A DNA stretch of 63,822 bases, filler included, from an uncultured Methanosarcinales archaeon (GCA_964434475.1; 10 parts of 10 records of this genome joined end to end with filler, not necessarily neighbours in it); one strand, 5' to 3'; counted from the first letter of the whole stretch, positions 10,395 through 21,626 are shown. Notes: generated from the letters alone by a model not told the origin. Translations and numbers: made by a program.

Positions 10395-11180
10395 TTATTT
10401 TCTCTTCATTTTATTCATAAGCTGCAGATGCAGTGAGTTTCTTACCAATTGATCAAGGATTTTTTCGTCTGTTCTGTTGGGTGCTCTATGTATGGATTCT
10501 TGCATAGTATCTAGGTTGATTTCATAGCCTAAAGAATTAACTATGAACATCATCACTATGTCTCCGCCCCATTTGCATTCTATTCTGTATTCTGTTTTAA
10601 AATTTTCTATGTGTTCTTTATATTTTTTTATAGCTTCTTTCAGAATTTTACACCTATATGCGCAAAAACCAGGGCAATTGTGTTTTAGTTCTTTATCTCC
10701 GAATATTATCCTTCCTTGGATCATGCCTTGAGATATATTGAACAATCTATCCATCCTATCCTGATGTTCTTCTTTATATTCTATTTGACATATTGCTCCT
10801 GCAACATTATCTTTTATCTTGCTTACTAATTCTTTTATCTTTGATGGGTCATGCTCATTGTCAGAATCCAGCCTTACTATTATATTATTTGCGTGACAAT
10901 CTTCTGCAAAAAGTCCATACGCTTTAAGCAATGTTTTTGCTACACCTATGTTTTTTTCATTAAACTTTATTTTCAGCCAAGGATATTTCTCTTTGAGAAT
11001 TTTATATTTTTCTTTCCATTCTTCGTCGCTTCCATCATCAAATATAGTTAGCTCTGAAAATATTTTATTTTTAATCTCGACATTTACCTTTTCCAAAAAA
11101 TATTTTAGATCCACGTAGTCCTGTTCATTTTGTATTAACTTTGGCGAAAATACTTTTATCTTCTCATGTTTTATCTTCAT
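10395..11180 (-). CDS. Glycosyltransferase family 2 protein (divergent)
   Basis: IFDDGSD, N.GVAK and RLDSDNEH (DxD) motifs. Confidence 0.7.
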   Translation of the reverse strand: MKIKHEKIKVFSPKLIQNEQDYVDLKYFLEKVNVEIKNKIFSELTIFDDGSDEEWKEKYKILKEKYPWLKIKFNEKNIGVAKTLLKAYGLFAEDCHANNIIVRLDSDNEHDPSKIKELVSKIKDNVAGAICQIEYKEEHQDRMDRLFNISQGMIQGRIIFGDKELKHNCPGFCAYRCKILKEAIKKYKEHIENFKTEYRIECKWGGDIVMMFIVNSLGYEINLDTMQESIHRAPNRTDEKILDQLVRNSLHLQLMNKMKRK

Positions 11181-11241
11181 GATGTTAAGATAATATTTGA
11201 TTTATTTATATGTTGTGATAAATATTTAAGAAATAAGATAC

Positions 11242-11445
11242 TTAGAAACTCTTCAGTTTCTCTCCTATCTTTTCTTTGTTTTCTAAGCAAAACACTTCCC
11301 ACTGTTTCTGGCTTATACCAACAAACTTATTCAGGTCCTTAAAAGAAATATTTTCGTCCCTGTCTAGTTTAAAACATATGAACTCTTTAATCTGTCTTTT
11401 CTGCGCATTATCCAATCTCATACAATCATAATTTAATATTCCCAT
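11242..11445 (-). CDS. Small hypothetical protein
   Basis: 67-aa ORF in intergenic space with an upstream GGGGT ribosome-binding-site-like sequence. Confidence 0.5.
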   Translation of the reverse strand: MGILNYDCMRLDNAQKRQIKEFICFKLDRDENISFKDLNKFVGISQKQWEVFCLENKEKIGEKLKSF

Positions 11446-11547
11446 AATTACCCCCGCACTATCTATGTGTGGTAATAAAAATTATTTTATAAAACTAACG
11501 CAAAAGTATAAATAGAAGTTATACGATTTGATAAAATGTGATTAATT

Positions 11548-12441
11548 ATGCCAAAATATTTCATAGGTGTTGATATAGGCGGTACAAAGATAAAGGCTGC
11601 CTTGGTAACAAAAACATATAAGGTTAAAAAAAGTATTATTTTTCTTACTGAAGCCAATAAAGGCAAAAAGGTCGTTATCAAAAATATAATAAATGCTATA
11701 ACAGAGGTTTGGGACAAGAACGTTGTTGGAATAGGCATAGGTTTTCCAGCTCCTATAGAGCTTAAGACAGGAACTATCAAAGGAGCAATAAACCTGCCTG
11801 GCTGGGATAATGTTCCTCTTAAGAAGATAATCGAGAAAAAGTTCAAAAAAACAGTATATATAAATAATGATGCAAACTGCTTCGCTTTGGCAGAATCAAG
11901 ATTAGGCCAGGGAAAAAAACATAAGCTTGTTGTGGGATTGATAGTAGGTACAGGTTTAGGCTGTGGTTTCATCATAGATAAACAGATTTTTACAGGTTCT
12001 ACATGTGCTGCAGGAGAAGTTGGTCAGATTCCTTTCAAAGGCATAACATTAGAAGAATATGCTGCAGGTCCTGCTTTGAAAAGATTATCTACTTACCAAG
12101 GTTTGACAATGTCTCCTATCAAGATAGCAGAGATGGCAAAGCGCAACAAGGGCTTTGCAAAAAACGTATTCAAGGAATATGGGGTGAATTTAGGTGTTGC
12201 GTTATCTGTCATAGCCAATACTTATGATCCAGATACCATCATACTTGGAGGGTCTGTAAGCAAAAGTTTCCAATACTTCAGGCAAACTATGAACCAGACA
12301 TTGAAAAAGCATGTTTTTCCTATGACTGGCAGACATCTGAAGGTAACTAAGAGTAAATTAGCGGATGCTAGCGTTATAGGTGCTGCGATGCTTGCCATAG
12401 ATGGCAAATCAAAAAAAAAGAAAAGGACAAAGAAGAAGTAA
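11548..12441 (+). CDS. ROK-family sugar kinase (glucokinase-like)
   Basis: GVDIGGTK, NDANCFALAE, GTGLGCG, AGEVGQ, GGSV motifs. Confidence 0.92.
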   Translation: MPKYFIGVDIGGTKIKAALVTKTYKVKKSIIFLTEANKGKKVVIKNIINAITEVWDKNVVGIGIGFPAPIELKTGTIKGAINLPGWDNVPLKKIIEKKFKKTVYINNDANCFALAESRLGQGKKHKLVVGLIVGTGLGCGFIIDKQIFTGSTCAAGEVGQIPFKGITLEEYAAGPALKRLSTYQGLTMSPIKIAEMAKRNKGFAKNVFKEYGVNLGVALSVIANTYDPDTIILGGSVSKSFQYFRQTMNQTLKKHVFPMTGRHLKVTKSKLADASVIGAAMLAIDGKSKKKKRTKKK

Positions 12442-12511
12442 GTTTATATTCTCAAACCAATACATTATGACATCACAAATTATATAAAACCTTTTATCCC
12501 ATTTATTTTCT

Positions 12512-14986
12512 ATGTACATAAAAAAGATTGTTCTCGAGAATATTCGAAGCTATACTAGGCAGTGCATCGAGTTTCCGCATTCCTCTGTCATGCTAAGCGG
12601 AGATATAGGTTCAGGCAAAAGCACGATACTGCAGGCCATAGAGTTCGCTTTATTTGGCTTGAAAAGAAAACATTTGCCAGGATTAAGTTTGCTTAGGAAC
12701 GGAGAGAAAAAAGGAAGCGTTGAGTTGAATTTTAAAATAGGAACAAAAGAGATTATAGTAAAAAGGACCCTGAAAAGACAGAAAAAAGATGTAAAACAAA
12801 CAGAGGGTTATATCATAATAGATGGAAAAAAACAAGACTTAACTCCTGTAGAGCTCAAATCAAGGATTTTGGATCTTCTCAATTATCCAGGGGATCTGGT
12901 TGCTAGGTCAAAGGATGTAATCTACAGGTATACTATCTATACGCCCCAGGAAGAGATGAAAAGAATATTGACGGAAGACAGTGAGTCAAGACTCAATACA
13001 TTAAGGAAAGTTTTTGATATAGAGAAATACAAGCAGATAAGGGAAAATAGTTCTATAACTATATCTTATCTAAAGCAGGAATGCGATAAGATAACTGGAT
13101 TTGTTTCAGATATAGACCAAAAGAAAAAGCAAAAATCTGAAGCAGATGCCTCAAAGTACGATATGATAAAAAGATTGGACATTCTGAAAAAAAGTTTTCT
13201 TGAAATTGACAAAAAAATCAAGACTCAGAAACACTTCATTTTAGAAACTGAAAAAAAGCTTAAGAGATTCAACGATCTGAATAATAAACTAGAGATAACT
13301 TTTGTGAAGTTAGATGATTTAGTTAACAGGCAGGATAATTTTAGCGATGAGAAGAAGATAATCCTTAAGCAGCTCGACAATTTGAAACAGAGGTATGACA
13401 ACATAAAGACCCACGATATTTCAGATACTGATATAGGGGGGGCAGATAAAGAAATAAGCATTATTGAGCAAAAGATTTTCATGAAAGCAAAAGCAAGGGA
13501 CGAGTTGGATATAAAACTTAAAGCGGTTGATGATAAGATAGAGATGATAAGAAAAGATGTAGATGAACAGAAAGTAAAGGATCTGCCTTTGCTTGAATCA
13601 GAGATAGTTAATCTTAACGAGAGTATCTGCAGGAAAAAAGATTTTGTTCAGAAGCTTTCTGAATATGAGACTGAGCTTGATGATTTGTTAGAGAAAAAGC
13701 ACAAGCTTGGATTTCAGATCAACGACTCAAAAAACATAGTTGAAAAGGTAACAAAGCTTAGCAATTGCCCTACTTGCCTCCAACCTGTTGCAGATGAACA
13801 TAAGATAAGGCTTAAGACACGTGAAAAGGACAGGCAGTTGGAATATTTGGCTATTATGGAAAATATTGCGAAGGATGAACATATCTTGAGGCAGGGTATA
13901 GCTAAACTTAAAGATGATATTGAAAATATCCGCAAAGCTGAGCACAAACTGATAGGCTTAAAAAACAGAAAAAAACATCTTGAAGAATATTCAGATGCTA
14001 TAATAAGAAAGAAAAGGATATTGGACAGTTTGAAATCTAAAAGAACGGTATTCAAAAAAAAGATAGAAGATGCTGATTTGGAAAATGTTGATGCTCTTAG
14101 ACGTGATTTAAAACAGAAAAAACAACTGCTTGAAAAATTGCGCGAGAACAAGATGCTTAAACTTGAGAAAAACAACATATCTCATATGATAAAAGATAAA
14201 GCTTCCAGGCTGGAGGAACTGGATGTTCTCATAAAAAAAACAAGCATAGAAAAGAAGACACTTGAAGAAAATAGAGTGCAGTTTCTTCACCTTCTGAAAG
14301 ATCTTAAGAACATAAACATAATTTATGAGAAACAGAACTCTTTGCTTGATTCGCTGCTTGATCAGCACAAGGAAAAAGAACTAGAGATATCTGTAGTTAG
14401 GACAAGGTTAAATAGTGTTCAGGAAAATATACAATCGCTGCAGAAAGAGATAATAGAAAAATCAGAAAAAAGGTCTTTGTTAAATTATTATCTTCAGATT
14501 CAGAACTGGTTGCAGAACCATTTCAAGGAGCTTATGTTTTCCATAGAAAAACAGATCTTGCTTAAAGCATATTATGAGTTCAATAGCTATTTCCAGAGAT
14601 GGTTCAGCTTACTCATGGAAGATGATGCTATGTCTGTAAGGCTTGATGATGACTTCTCTGTAATTGTAGAACAGAATGGTTTTGATACAACCTATAATCA
14701 TCTTTCTGGCGGAGAGAAGACGTCCTGTGCTTTAGCTTACAGGCTTGCTTTGAATAAGGTTATTAATGAGATTAACAGCAGTATAATGACTAAGAATTTG
14801 ATAATGCTTGATGAGCCCACCGATGGGTTTTCATCAGAGCAGCTTGACAAGATGCGAAACGTTCTGGATGAGATAGGTATAAAGCAGATAATTCTAGTAA
14901 GTCACGAGAATAAGATAGAAAGCTTTGTTTCTAAGGTAATAAAGGTTGCAAAAGCGAATCATGTGTCAAAAGTTATTTCAGTGTGA
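12512..14986 (+). CDS. rad50: Rad50/SbcC SMC-family ATPase
   Basis: Walker A GDIGSGKST, long coiled coils with central CPTC zinc hook, LSGGE signature, LDEPT Walker B, VSH. Confidence 0.88.
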   Translation: MYIKKIVLENIRSYTRQCIEFPHSSVMLSGDIGSGKSTILQAIEFALFGLKRKHLPGLSLLRNGEKKGSVELNFKIGTKEIIVKRTLKRQKKDVKQTEGYIIIDGKKQDLTPVELKSRILDLLNYPGDLVARSKDVIYRYTIYTPQEEMKRILTEDSESRLNTLRKVFDIEKYKQIRENSSITISYLKQECDKITGFVSDIDQKKKQKSEADASKYDMIKRLDILKKSFLEIDKKIKTQKHFILETEKKLKRFNDLNNKLEITFVKLDDLVNRQDNFSDEKKIILKQLDNLKQRYDNIKTHDISDTDIGGADKEISIIEQKIFMKAKARDELDIKLKAVDDKIEMIRKDVDEQKVKDLPLLESEIVNLNESICRKKDFVQKLSEYETELDDLLEKKHKLGFQINDSKNIVEKVTKLSNCPTCLQPVADEHKIRLKTREKDRQLEYLAIMENIAKDEHILRQGIAKLKDDIENIRKAEHKLIGLKNRKKHLEEYSDAIIRKKRILDSLKSKRTVFKKKIEDADLENVDALRRDLKQKKQLLEKLRENKMLKLEKNNISHMIKDKASRLEELDVLIKKTSIEKKTLEENRVQFLHLLKDLKNINIIYEKQNSLLDSLLDQHKEKELEISVVRTRLNSVQENIQSLQKEIIEKSEKRSLLNYYLQIQNWLQNHFKELMFSIEKQILLKAYYEFNSYFQRWFSLLMEDDAMSVRLDDDFSVIVEQNGFDTTYNHLSGGEKTSCALAYRLALNKVINEINSSIMTKNLIMLDEPTDGFSSEQLDKMRNVLDEIGIKQIILVSHENKIESFVSKVIKVAKANHVSKVISV

Positions 14987-15017
14987 TTGAAGAATAATGA
15001 ACAATATAATTATAACC

Positions 15018-15031
15018 GGGTTCATCCGGAA
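15018..15031. mobile_element. Putative IS terminal inverted repeat (GGGTTCATCCGGAA) near contig end; exact inverse copy at 29330-29343 near a contig start
   Basis: 14-bp sequence and its reverse complement, each about 40-55 bp from a contig break. Confidence 0.5.
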
Positions 15032-15204
15032 TAAGGTTCAAATAATATTCTAAATATGAGATTAATCATTCTNNNNNNNNNNNNNNNNNNNNNNNNNNNN
15101 NNNNNNNNNNNNNNNNTTAATTAATTAANNNNNNNNNNNNNNNNNNNNNNNNNNNNNNNNNNNNNNNNNNNNAATATTTAGAGGTTTAGCCAAGGCTAGA
15201 GTTT

Positions 15205-15222
15205 AAATCTGCACAACTCCAG
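15205..15222. mobile_element. Putative IS terminal inverted repeat AAATCTGCACAACTCCAG
   Basis: Same 18-mer ends the 53-bp repeats at 54923-54975 and 60765-60817; all lie at contig starts. The internal flank differs here, consistent with the opposite end of the element. Confidence 0.55.
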
Positions 15223-15311
15223 TATAAATAAACAAATTTTAATAAAATATAATTAAACGCGATTAACAGAAACCTTTAAAAATATCACATTAATCCTAAT
15301 AGCCAAAATAT

Positions 15312-15440
15312 GCCGAGGTCGCATAGTCTGGCCATTGCGTTGGATTGCTATAAACTTCGTTTTTATGACTGCGTAGGTCAAATGGATTGTAAAGATCCAA
15401 TGTCCTTCGGGGCACGAGGGTTCAAGTCCCTCCCTCGGCG
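15312..15440 (+). tRNA. tRNA-Ser(GCT) with 44-nt intron at 37/38 (15351-15394)
   Basis: Acceptor GCCGAGG/CCTCGGC plus G, anticodon stem TTGGA/TCCAA, anticodon GCT 15347-15349, long variable arm, T-arm GAGGG-TTCAAGT-CCCTC, BHB motif (TTGC/GTAA helix, TAT and AGA bulges). Confidence 0.92.
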
Positions 15441-15494
15441 TTCTTTTCTTATTTTAAGAAAGACTTATATATCAAGTTAAAAGTATCACTATCA

Positions 15495-17429
15495 ATGAAA
15501 AAACACCAATATATTATAACATATTTTACTATTATATTGATTCTCATAAACTCAACAATAGCAAGCACAGATATTTTCAACAGCGAATACATAATCACAG
15601 ACGTGGATATATCTGGAAAGATAGACATAATAAAAGAGCAAGGCTCAAAAATAGACCATATCTCCGCAAACGTTTATTTTTTTCCAAAGAAAACAAACCA
15701 CCAGGATATACTTATGCAGTCATCTGATCCTAGCGCAGAAAAAACAAAAAGCATAAATTTCAGGTGGCAGAATCCGGAGCAGGAATATTTTATATATAAT
15801 ATAGATTCAAAGGTAAAAACATATTATAACCAAGCGCAGATTAAAAAAAAGATAAATTTTCCTATCGATATCCAAGACCACATAGAATATACACAACCCA
15901 CAAATAAGATAGACTCCAATAATTCTTTGATAATTGCAAAAACTTCAGAGATTATAGAAGGAGAAGATGATATGTATGAAGCTGTATTTAAGATCGCTGT
16001 ATGGATAAGAGACAACATACATTATTCTTTAGATACATTGACTGCAAACGCAGTACAAAAAGCATCCTGGACATTGGAAAACAAGTACGGTGTTTGTGAT
16101 GAAATCAGTTCTTTGTTCATCGCTATGGTAAGAAGCGTAGGCATCCCTGCAAGATATGTAAGCGGATTAGCCTATACTAATTATGATGGCTTGAACGACT
16201 GGGCTCCTCATGCATGGGCTGAAGTATATTTTCCAGATTATGGTTGGGCATCATTCGATATAACATATGACGAATTAGGATATGTTGATCCTGCACACAT
16301 AGTGTTGTTATATTCACAAGACACAGAACAAAGTTCAGCAACATACGAATGGAAAGCAAGAGATGTAAATATAGAATCATATCCTTTGAACTTCAATGTT
16401 TTTTTAGACAGAAAAAAAGCAAAAAAAGTAGATGACATAGATATAAATGCGGAATTTGAAAAAGAGATCATAGGATTTGGATCATACAACAAACTTACTG
16501 TAGAGATAGAGAACAACAAAAATTATTATATTGCAGAAAGATTAAGGATATCATTACCTGAAGACGTGAGAAAATCAAATTATTCCGTAAAAGATATTCT
16601 ACTTAGACCGAATGAAGTTAAAAAAATAAGTTATCTGGTAAAACTTAACAAGAATTTAGATGAACTATATGAATATGAATTTCCTGTATTGATATACACC
16701 AACAAAAATCAATCTACAAAAACATCTTTCAGATCAAACCACGAATCAAAAGTATATGACAAAGGATATTTTGATATACAACAAGATGAAGAAGAGAAAG
16801 AAGAATCAAAAAGAATGATAATATCATGTAAACAAGAAGAAAAATATTATTATACATACGAAAATCCAAAAATTATCTGCAGCATCAAAAACAAAGGAAA
16901 TATAATCTTAAAAGACATTAACCTTAAGACAGAAGACCATTCTGAATTTTTCGACCTAAACATAATGCAGCAAAAAAACATAGAATTATCCGTGCCTGCA
17001 AAAGATTATTATGACATCACATTAAATAACAAAGACATATCAAAAAAACACAGAGTAAATTTAAATATACGAGACACACCCAGAATTTCCATAGACGAGA
17101 TATCTTATCCTAAAGAAGTAAAATACGATGACAAATTTAAAGTTGAGATAAAACTAAAAAAAGAATCCATATCAAACCCGAAAAATGTTAAGATATATTT
17201 CAAAAGGAGTGAAAAGTTCAATATAAGCGATATGGAAAAAAATCATAGGTTGGTCATCGAGATGAAAGGCAAAGATCTTATGGAAGGAGACAACGATATA
17301 AACATAGAAATATTGTATAAAGACGAGAAAGGAAAGAATTATAACGCAACAGATAGAATAAACATAAGTTTGACAAATTTAAATCCAATACAGAAATTCA
17401 TGCTTTGGCTAAATAATATTTTCCGATAA
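15495..17429 (+). CDS. Secreted transglutaminase-like domain protein
   Basis: Signal peptide; GVCDE, RSVGIPARYVSG, HAWAEVY and W..FDIT give a Cys-His-Asp triad; C-terminal Ig-like region. Confidence 0.88.
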   Translation: MKKHQYIITYFTIILILINSTIASTDIFNSEYIITDVDISGKIDIIKEQGSKIDHISANVYFFPKKTNHQDILMQSSDPSAEKTKSINFRWQNPEQEYFIYNIDSKVKTYYNQAQIKKKINFPIDIQDHIEYTQPTNKIDSNNSLIIAKTSEIIEGEDDMYEAVFKIAVWIRDNIHYSLDTLTANAVQKASWTLENKYGVCDEISSLFIAMVRSVGIPARYVSGLAYTNYDGLNDWAPHAWAEVYFPDYGWASFDITYDELGYVDPAHIVLLYSQDTEQSSATYEWKARDVNIESYPLNFNVFLDRKKAKKVDDIDINAEFEKEIIGFGSYNKLTVEIENNKNYYIAERLRISLPEDVRKSNYSVKDILLRPNEVKKISYLVKLNKNLDELYEYEFPVLIYTNKNQSTKTSFRSNHESKVYDKGYFDIQQDEEEKEESKRMIISCKQEEKYYYTYENPKIICSIKNKGNIILKDINLKTEDHSEFFDLNIMQQKNIELSVPAKDYYDITLNNKDISKKHRVNLNIRDTPRISIDEISYPKEVKYDDKFKVEIKLKKESISNPKNVKIYFKRSEKFNISDMEKNHRLVIEMKGKDLMEGDNDINIEILYKDEKGKNYNATDRINISLTNLNPIQKFMLWLNNIFR

Positions 17430-17469
17430 AAATCAAGAAAAAAAAGTCCTGAAATCAGGACATAAGAAA

Positions 17470-17869
17470 TTACTTTCTTCTTTTAGATTTCTTCTTAGCT
17501 GCTTTCTTTTTCTTAGCAGGCTTCTTCTTAGCTGCTTTCTTTTTCTTAGCAGGTTTCTTCTTAGCTGCTTTCTTTTTCTTAGCAGGTTTCTTCTTAGCTG
17601 CTTTCTTTTNNNNNNNNNNNNNNNNNNNNNNNNNNNNNNNNNNNNNNNNNNNNNNNNNNNNNNNNNNNNNNNNNNNNNNNNNNNNNNNNNNNNNNNNNNN
17701 NNNNNNNNNCTGCTTTCTTTTTCTTAGCAGGTTTCTTCTTAGCTGCTTTCTTTTTCTTAGCAGGCTTCTTCTTAGCTGCTTTCTTTTTCTTAGCAGGTGC
17801 TTTCTTCTTAACTGCTTTCTTTTTCTTAGCAGGAGTTTTCTTTACAGATTTTTTTCGTTTCAAAGCCAT
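17470..17869 (-). CDS. Lys/Ala/Pro-rich histone H1-like (Hc2/AlgP-like) repeat protein spanning an assembly gap
   Basis: MALKRKKSVKKTPAKKKK followed by (AAKKKPAKKKK)n and ...AAKKKSKRRK-TAA on both sides of gap 17610-17709; GAGGTG ribosome-binding site upstream. Confidence 0.8.
17491..17832. repeat. 33-bp tandem coding repeat (unresolved; 100-N gap inside)
   Basis: Unit about CTTCTTAGCTGCTTTCTTTTTCTTAGCAGGYTT, repeated on both sides of the gap. Confidence 0.9.
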
Positions 17870-18157
17870 AATGTATTCACCTCTTTGGCCAAAGTGTCTT
17901 TGAATAAGACCCATATAGCTTTTAGGGATAAACTCCTTTAAATACTTTTCTATTTTTATTTTTTGTTGAAAAAATTACAGAATAACAAAACAAAAAAACA
18001 TCGTCGAAGATTTGAAACAAAAAAAAGAAAAAGAAAAATAAGGTTTCTTGAAAAACAAAAACCCATTGAAAAAAAGACAAAAAAAACACCATTATTATCG
18101 ACGACACCAAGTTAAAAACAAAAGGTATTTATACTAGTTAAATCAATTCAAAACAAT

Positions 18158-19980
18158 ATGACAAAAATAAAATATGAAAAAATAATCCCCGACACATCAG
18201 TGATAATAGAAGCAGCTATATCCCAAATGCTTGAAAAAAAAGAATGTTCAGCAGAAAGCATTATGATACACGAAGCAAGCATAGCAGAACTAGAGCATCA
18301 AGCAAACGAAGGCAAATCAACAGGATTCATAGGATTAGAAGAGATTGAAAAGATAAGAAAAATATGCGAAGAGCAAGCTATAAATATTTCTTTCATAGGT
18401 TCAAGACCTAAATTTATTGATGTAAAATATGCAAAACTAGGTGAGATAGACAGCCTAATACTATCTGCTGCATATGAAGAAGGAGCAGCATTGATGACAT
18501 CCGACAATGTTCAAACCAGAGTTGCTAAAGCAAAAGGTGTCGAGGTTATGTTCATACAGCCCAAGAAAAAGGCAAAAAAGATCAAGCTTGAAAAGTTTTT
18601 TGACGATACAACTATGAGCGTACATCTTAAAGAGAATGTAAAACCAAATGCAAAAAAAGGAAAACCAGGAGAATGGAACTTTGTTGAGCTTAGCAATAAA
18701 AAAATAAAACACGAAGAAATAAAAGATATGCAAAGAGAGATAATTGAAGAAGCAAATTCAAGGAACGACGGATTCATAGAAATAGAAAGAAAAGGTTCAA
18801 CCATAGTACAGTTAAGCAATTACAGGATCGTCATGACCTATCCTCCTTTTGCAGACAGATGGGAAATAACAGCAGTAAGACCTGTCAAAAAATTAAATTT
18901 AAGTGATTATACACTCAGTGAAAAACTCCACAAAAGGGTTGCTGAACAAGCAGAAGGCATTCTTGTAGCAGGTTCTCCAGGAATGGGAAAAAGCACTTTC
19001 GCTGCTGCATTAGCAGAATTTTATGCGTTAAAGAATAAGATAGTAAAGACTGTAGAAGCACCAAGGGATCTGGTATTGCCTGAACAGGTAACACAATACG
19101 CAATAAGCCACGGAGACGCCCAAGAAGTTCACGACATATTATTATTGTCTCGTCCAGACTATACTTTTTTTGATGAAATGCGTAACACAGAAGATTTTAA
19201 ATTATTCTCAGACCTGAGACTTGCAGGAGTTGGCATGGTAGGTATAGTCCATGGAACAAATCCAGTAGATTCCATACAAAGGTTTATAGGAAGGATAGAG
19301 ATGGGAGTCATACCCCAGATTATTGACACAGTGATATTCATAAAGAATGGAAAGATAGATAAAGTATTAAGCGTAGAGATGACCGTCAAGGTACCAAGCG
19401 GCATGACTGAAGCTGATCTAGCAAGACCAGTTGTTGTGGTAAGTGATTTTGAAAGCAACAAGCCGGAATTCGAGATATATACATACGGAGAACAGACTGT
19501 TGTTGTACCGATAGGAGCTGAAAAAAAATCATCAGTTCAAAAGTTGGCAGGAAAACAGATTGAGCGAGAAATAAGAAAATACTCTGACAACATAAAAGTG
19601 GATATGGTCAGCGAAAACAAATGTATAGTGTATATGCCTGACAGAGATATAGCAGGGTTCATTGGCAAGCAAGGAAAGAATATCTCAGAAGTAGAAAAAA
19701 GATTAGGCATAAACATAGACGTTCAGGAGATCGACAAAAAGAACAATGATAATATGAAAAAGATTGACGAGTTTATGTATGACATAAAAAAAAGAATATT
19801 GTCCTATTCATAGATGAAGAATTTGCTAACAATAACATAGACATTTATGTCAATAAAGAATTTTTGATGACAGCCAAAGCAAGCAAAGATGCAAAGATAA
19901 AACTAAAAAAGAATAAGATAAGCAAAATACTGATAGATGCATTGAATCACAAAGAAAAAGTGGAATTATACGTGAAATAA
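18158..19980 (+). CDS. pina: PINA (PIN domain, P-loop ATPase, KH domain) Holliday-junction helicase; apparent frameshift near 19786-19793
   Basis: IIPDTSVII PIN motif, GSPGMGKST, DEMR, HG, KH IGKQGKNI. The ORF stops at 19813, but a shifted frame continues KNIVLFIDEEFANNNIDIYVNKEFLMTAKASKDAKIKL to TAA 19978-19980. Confidence 0.88.
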
Positions 19981-20032
19981 CCTAAAGTTTTTATATCAAA
20001 TATACTTTTTAAGTCTGAAAAGAGAGGATATT

Positions 20033-21316
20033 ATGCTAGATATCAAATTAATAAGAGATAACCAAGAAATAGTTGAAAAAGACCTTAAAAAACGCAAGGA
20101 TTCTAAAAAACTAAAATGGATAGATAAAATTAAGCAGCTTGATTCTGAATGGCGTAAACTAAAAGTTGAAACAGAAAAATTAAGAAATAGCAGGAATGTC
20201 ATAAGCAGAGAGATAGCGCAGTTGAAAAAACAAGGAAAAGACGCATCTAAAAAGATTAAAGAAGCTTCTGAAATACCAAAAAAAATAGAAGATATTGAAG
20301 AAAAACAAAAAAAAATAAGAGAAAATATAGACAATTATCTTATGAAACTACCCAACATATTACACGAGTCTGTACCTATAGGAAAAAGTGAAGAAGACAA
20401 TGTCGAAGAAGAACTATTTGGAGAAAAACCTAATTTAAATTTTCCTATAAGAAGCCATGTTGATATTATGCAGGATATGGACATTGCAGACATAGAAAGA
20501 GCTGCAAAAATATCCGGCTCAAGATTCTGGTTTCTTAAATCAGGATTAGCTGAACTGGATCTGGCTTTGCAAAAATATGCTGTTGATTTTATGATTGGAA
20601 AAGGATATAATTTAGTGCAGCCTCCTTTTATGATGAACAGGCAAAGTTATGAAGGGGTTACAGATTTATCTGATTTTGAGAATGTGATGTACAAGATAGA
20701 AGATGAAGATTTGTATCTTATCGCAACATCAGAACATCCATTAGTGGGTATGTTCTACAATGAGATAATAGAAGAAGACATACTTCCCATCAAATTAATA
20801 GGAATCTCGACATGTTTCAGAAAAGAAGCTGGAACACATGGGAAGGATACAAAAGGCATATTTAGAGGGCATCAATTCAACAAAATAGAACAAATAATAA
20901 TATGTAAGCCAGAAGACAGCTGGAAATTTCATGAAGAATTGATAGAGAATGCGCAAGAATTTTGGAAGAATCTAGGATTACATTTCAGACGCGTAAATAT
21001 ATGTACTGGCGACATAGGCACAGTAGCTGCAAAAAAATATGATCTTGAAGCATGGTATCCAGTACAAGAAAAATACAGAGAAGTTGTATCAGGAAGCAAT
21101 TGCACAGATTATCAAGCAAGAAGACTAAAGATCAGATACAGAACAAAAGAAGGCAATAAGTTTGTTCATACATTAAACTGTACAGCCGTTGCAACAGCAA
21201 GAGCATTGGTAGCCATAATAGAAAATTTCCAGGAAAAAGATGGAAGAATAAGGATACCTGATGTACTGGTTCCTTATATGAATAACAAAACACACATAGG
21301 TTGGAAAAATGGCTAA
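20033..21316 (+). CDS. serS: Seryl-tRNA synthetase
   Basis: MLDIKLIR, ATSE, CFRKEAG, GIFRGHQFNKIEQ, KKYDLEAW, SNCTDYQARRL, HTLN. Confidence 0.97.
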   Translation: MLDIKLIRDNQEIVEKDLKKRKDSKKLKWIDKIKQLDSEWRKLKVETEKLRNSRNVISREIAQLKKQGKDASKKIKEASEIPKKIEDIEEKQKKIRENIDNYLMKLPNILHESVPIGKSEEDNVEEELFGEKPNLNFPIRSHVDIMQDMDIADIERAAKISGSRFWFLKSGLAELDLALQKYAVDFMIGKGYNLVQPPFMMNRQSYEGVTDLSDFENVMYKIEDEDLYLIATSEHPLVGMFYNEIIEEDILPIKLIGISTCFRKEAGTHGKDTKGIFRGHQFNKIEQIIICKPEDSWKFHEELIENAQEFWKNLGLHFRRVNICTGDIGTVAAKKYDLEAWYPVQEKYREVVSGSNCTDYQARRLKIRYRTKEGNKFVHTLNCTAVATARALVAIIENFQEKDGRIRIPDVLVPYMNNKTHIGWKNG

Positions 21317-21626
21317 AACTAAAATTCCAGGAATTGCATTCATCATAACAGGTATGATAATTTCAGGAACATCTTATTATCTTAACAAGATAAGAGACAG
21401 CAACAGCCTCAGAATTTTTGTAATCATAGGGTTCTTATTCATAATTTACGGATTATTTAAGATTATATTGAAAAAAGCAATCGATCTGGGCAAACCAAAG
21501 AAACATTACAAACATACACCAGAATACTACCAAAAACACCACACATACAAATTTTGCCCTAAATGTGGTTCAAAATTAAGAGAAACGTTTAATTTCTGCT
21601 ATAATTGCGGAGAAAGGGTGATGTAA
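21309..21626 (+). CDS. Two-TM membrane protein with C-terminal zinc ribbon
   Basis: Two hydrophobic helices; FCPKCG...FCYNCG. Confidence 0.75.
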   Translation: MAKTKIPGIAFIITGMIISGTSYYLNKIRDSNSLRIFVIIGFLFIIYGLFKIILKKAIDLGKPKKHYKHTPEYYQKHHTYKFCPKCGSKLRETFNFCYNCGERVM

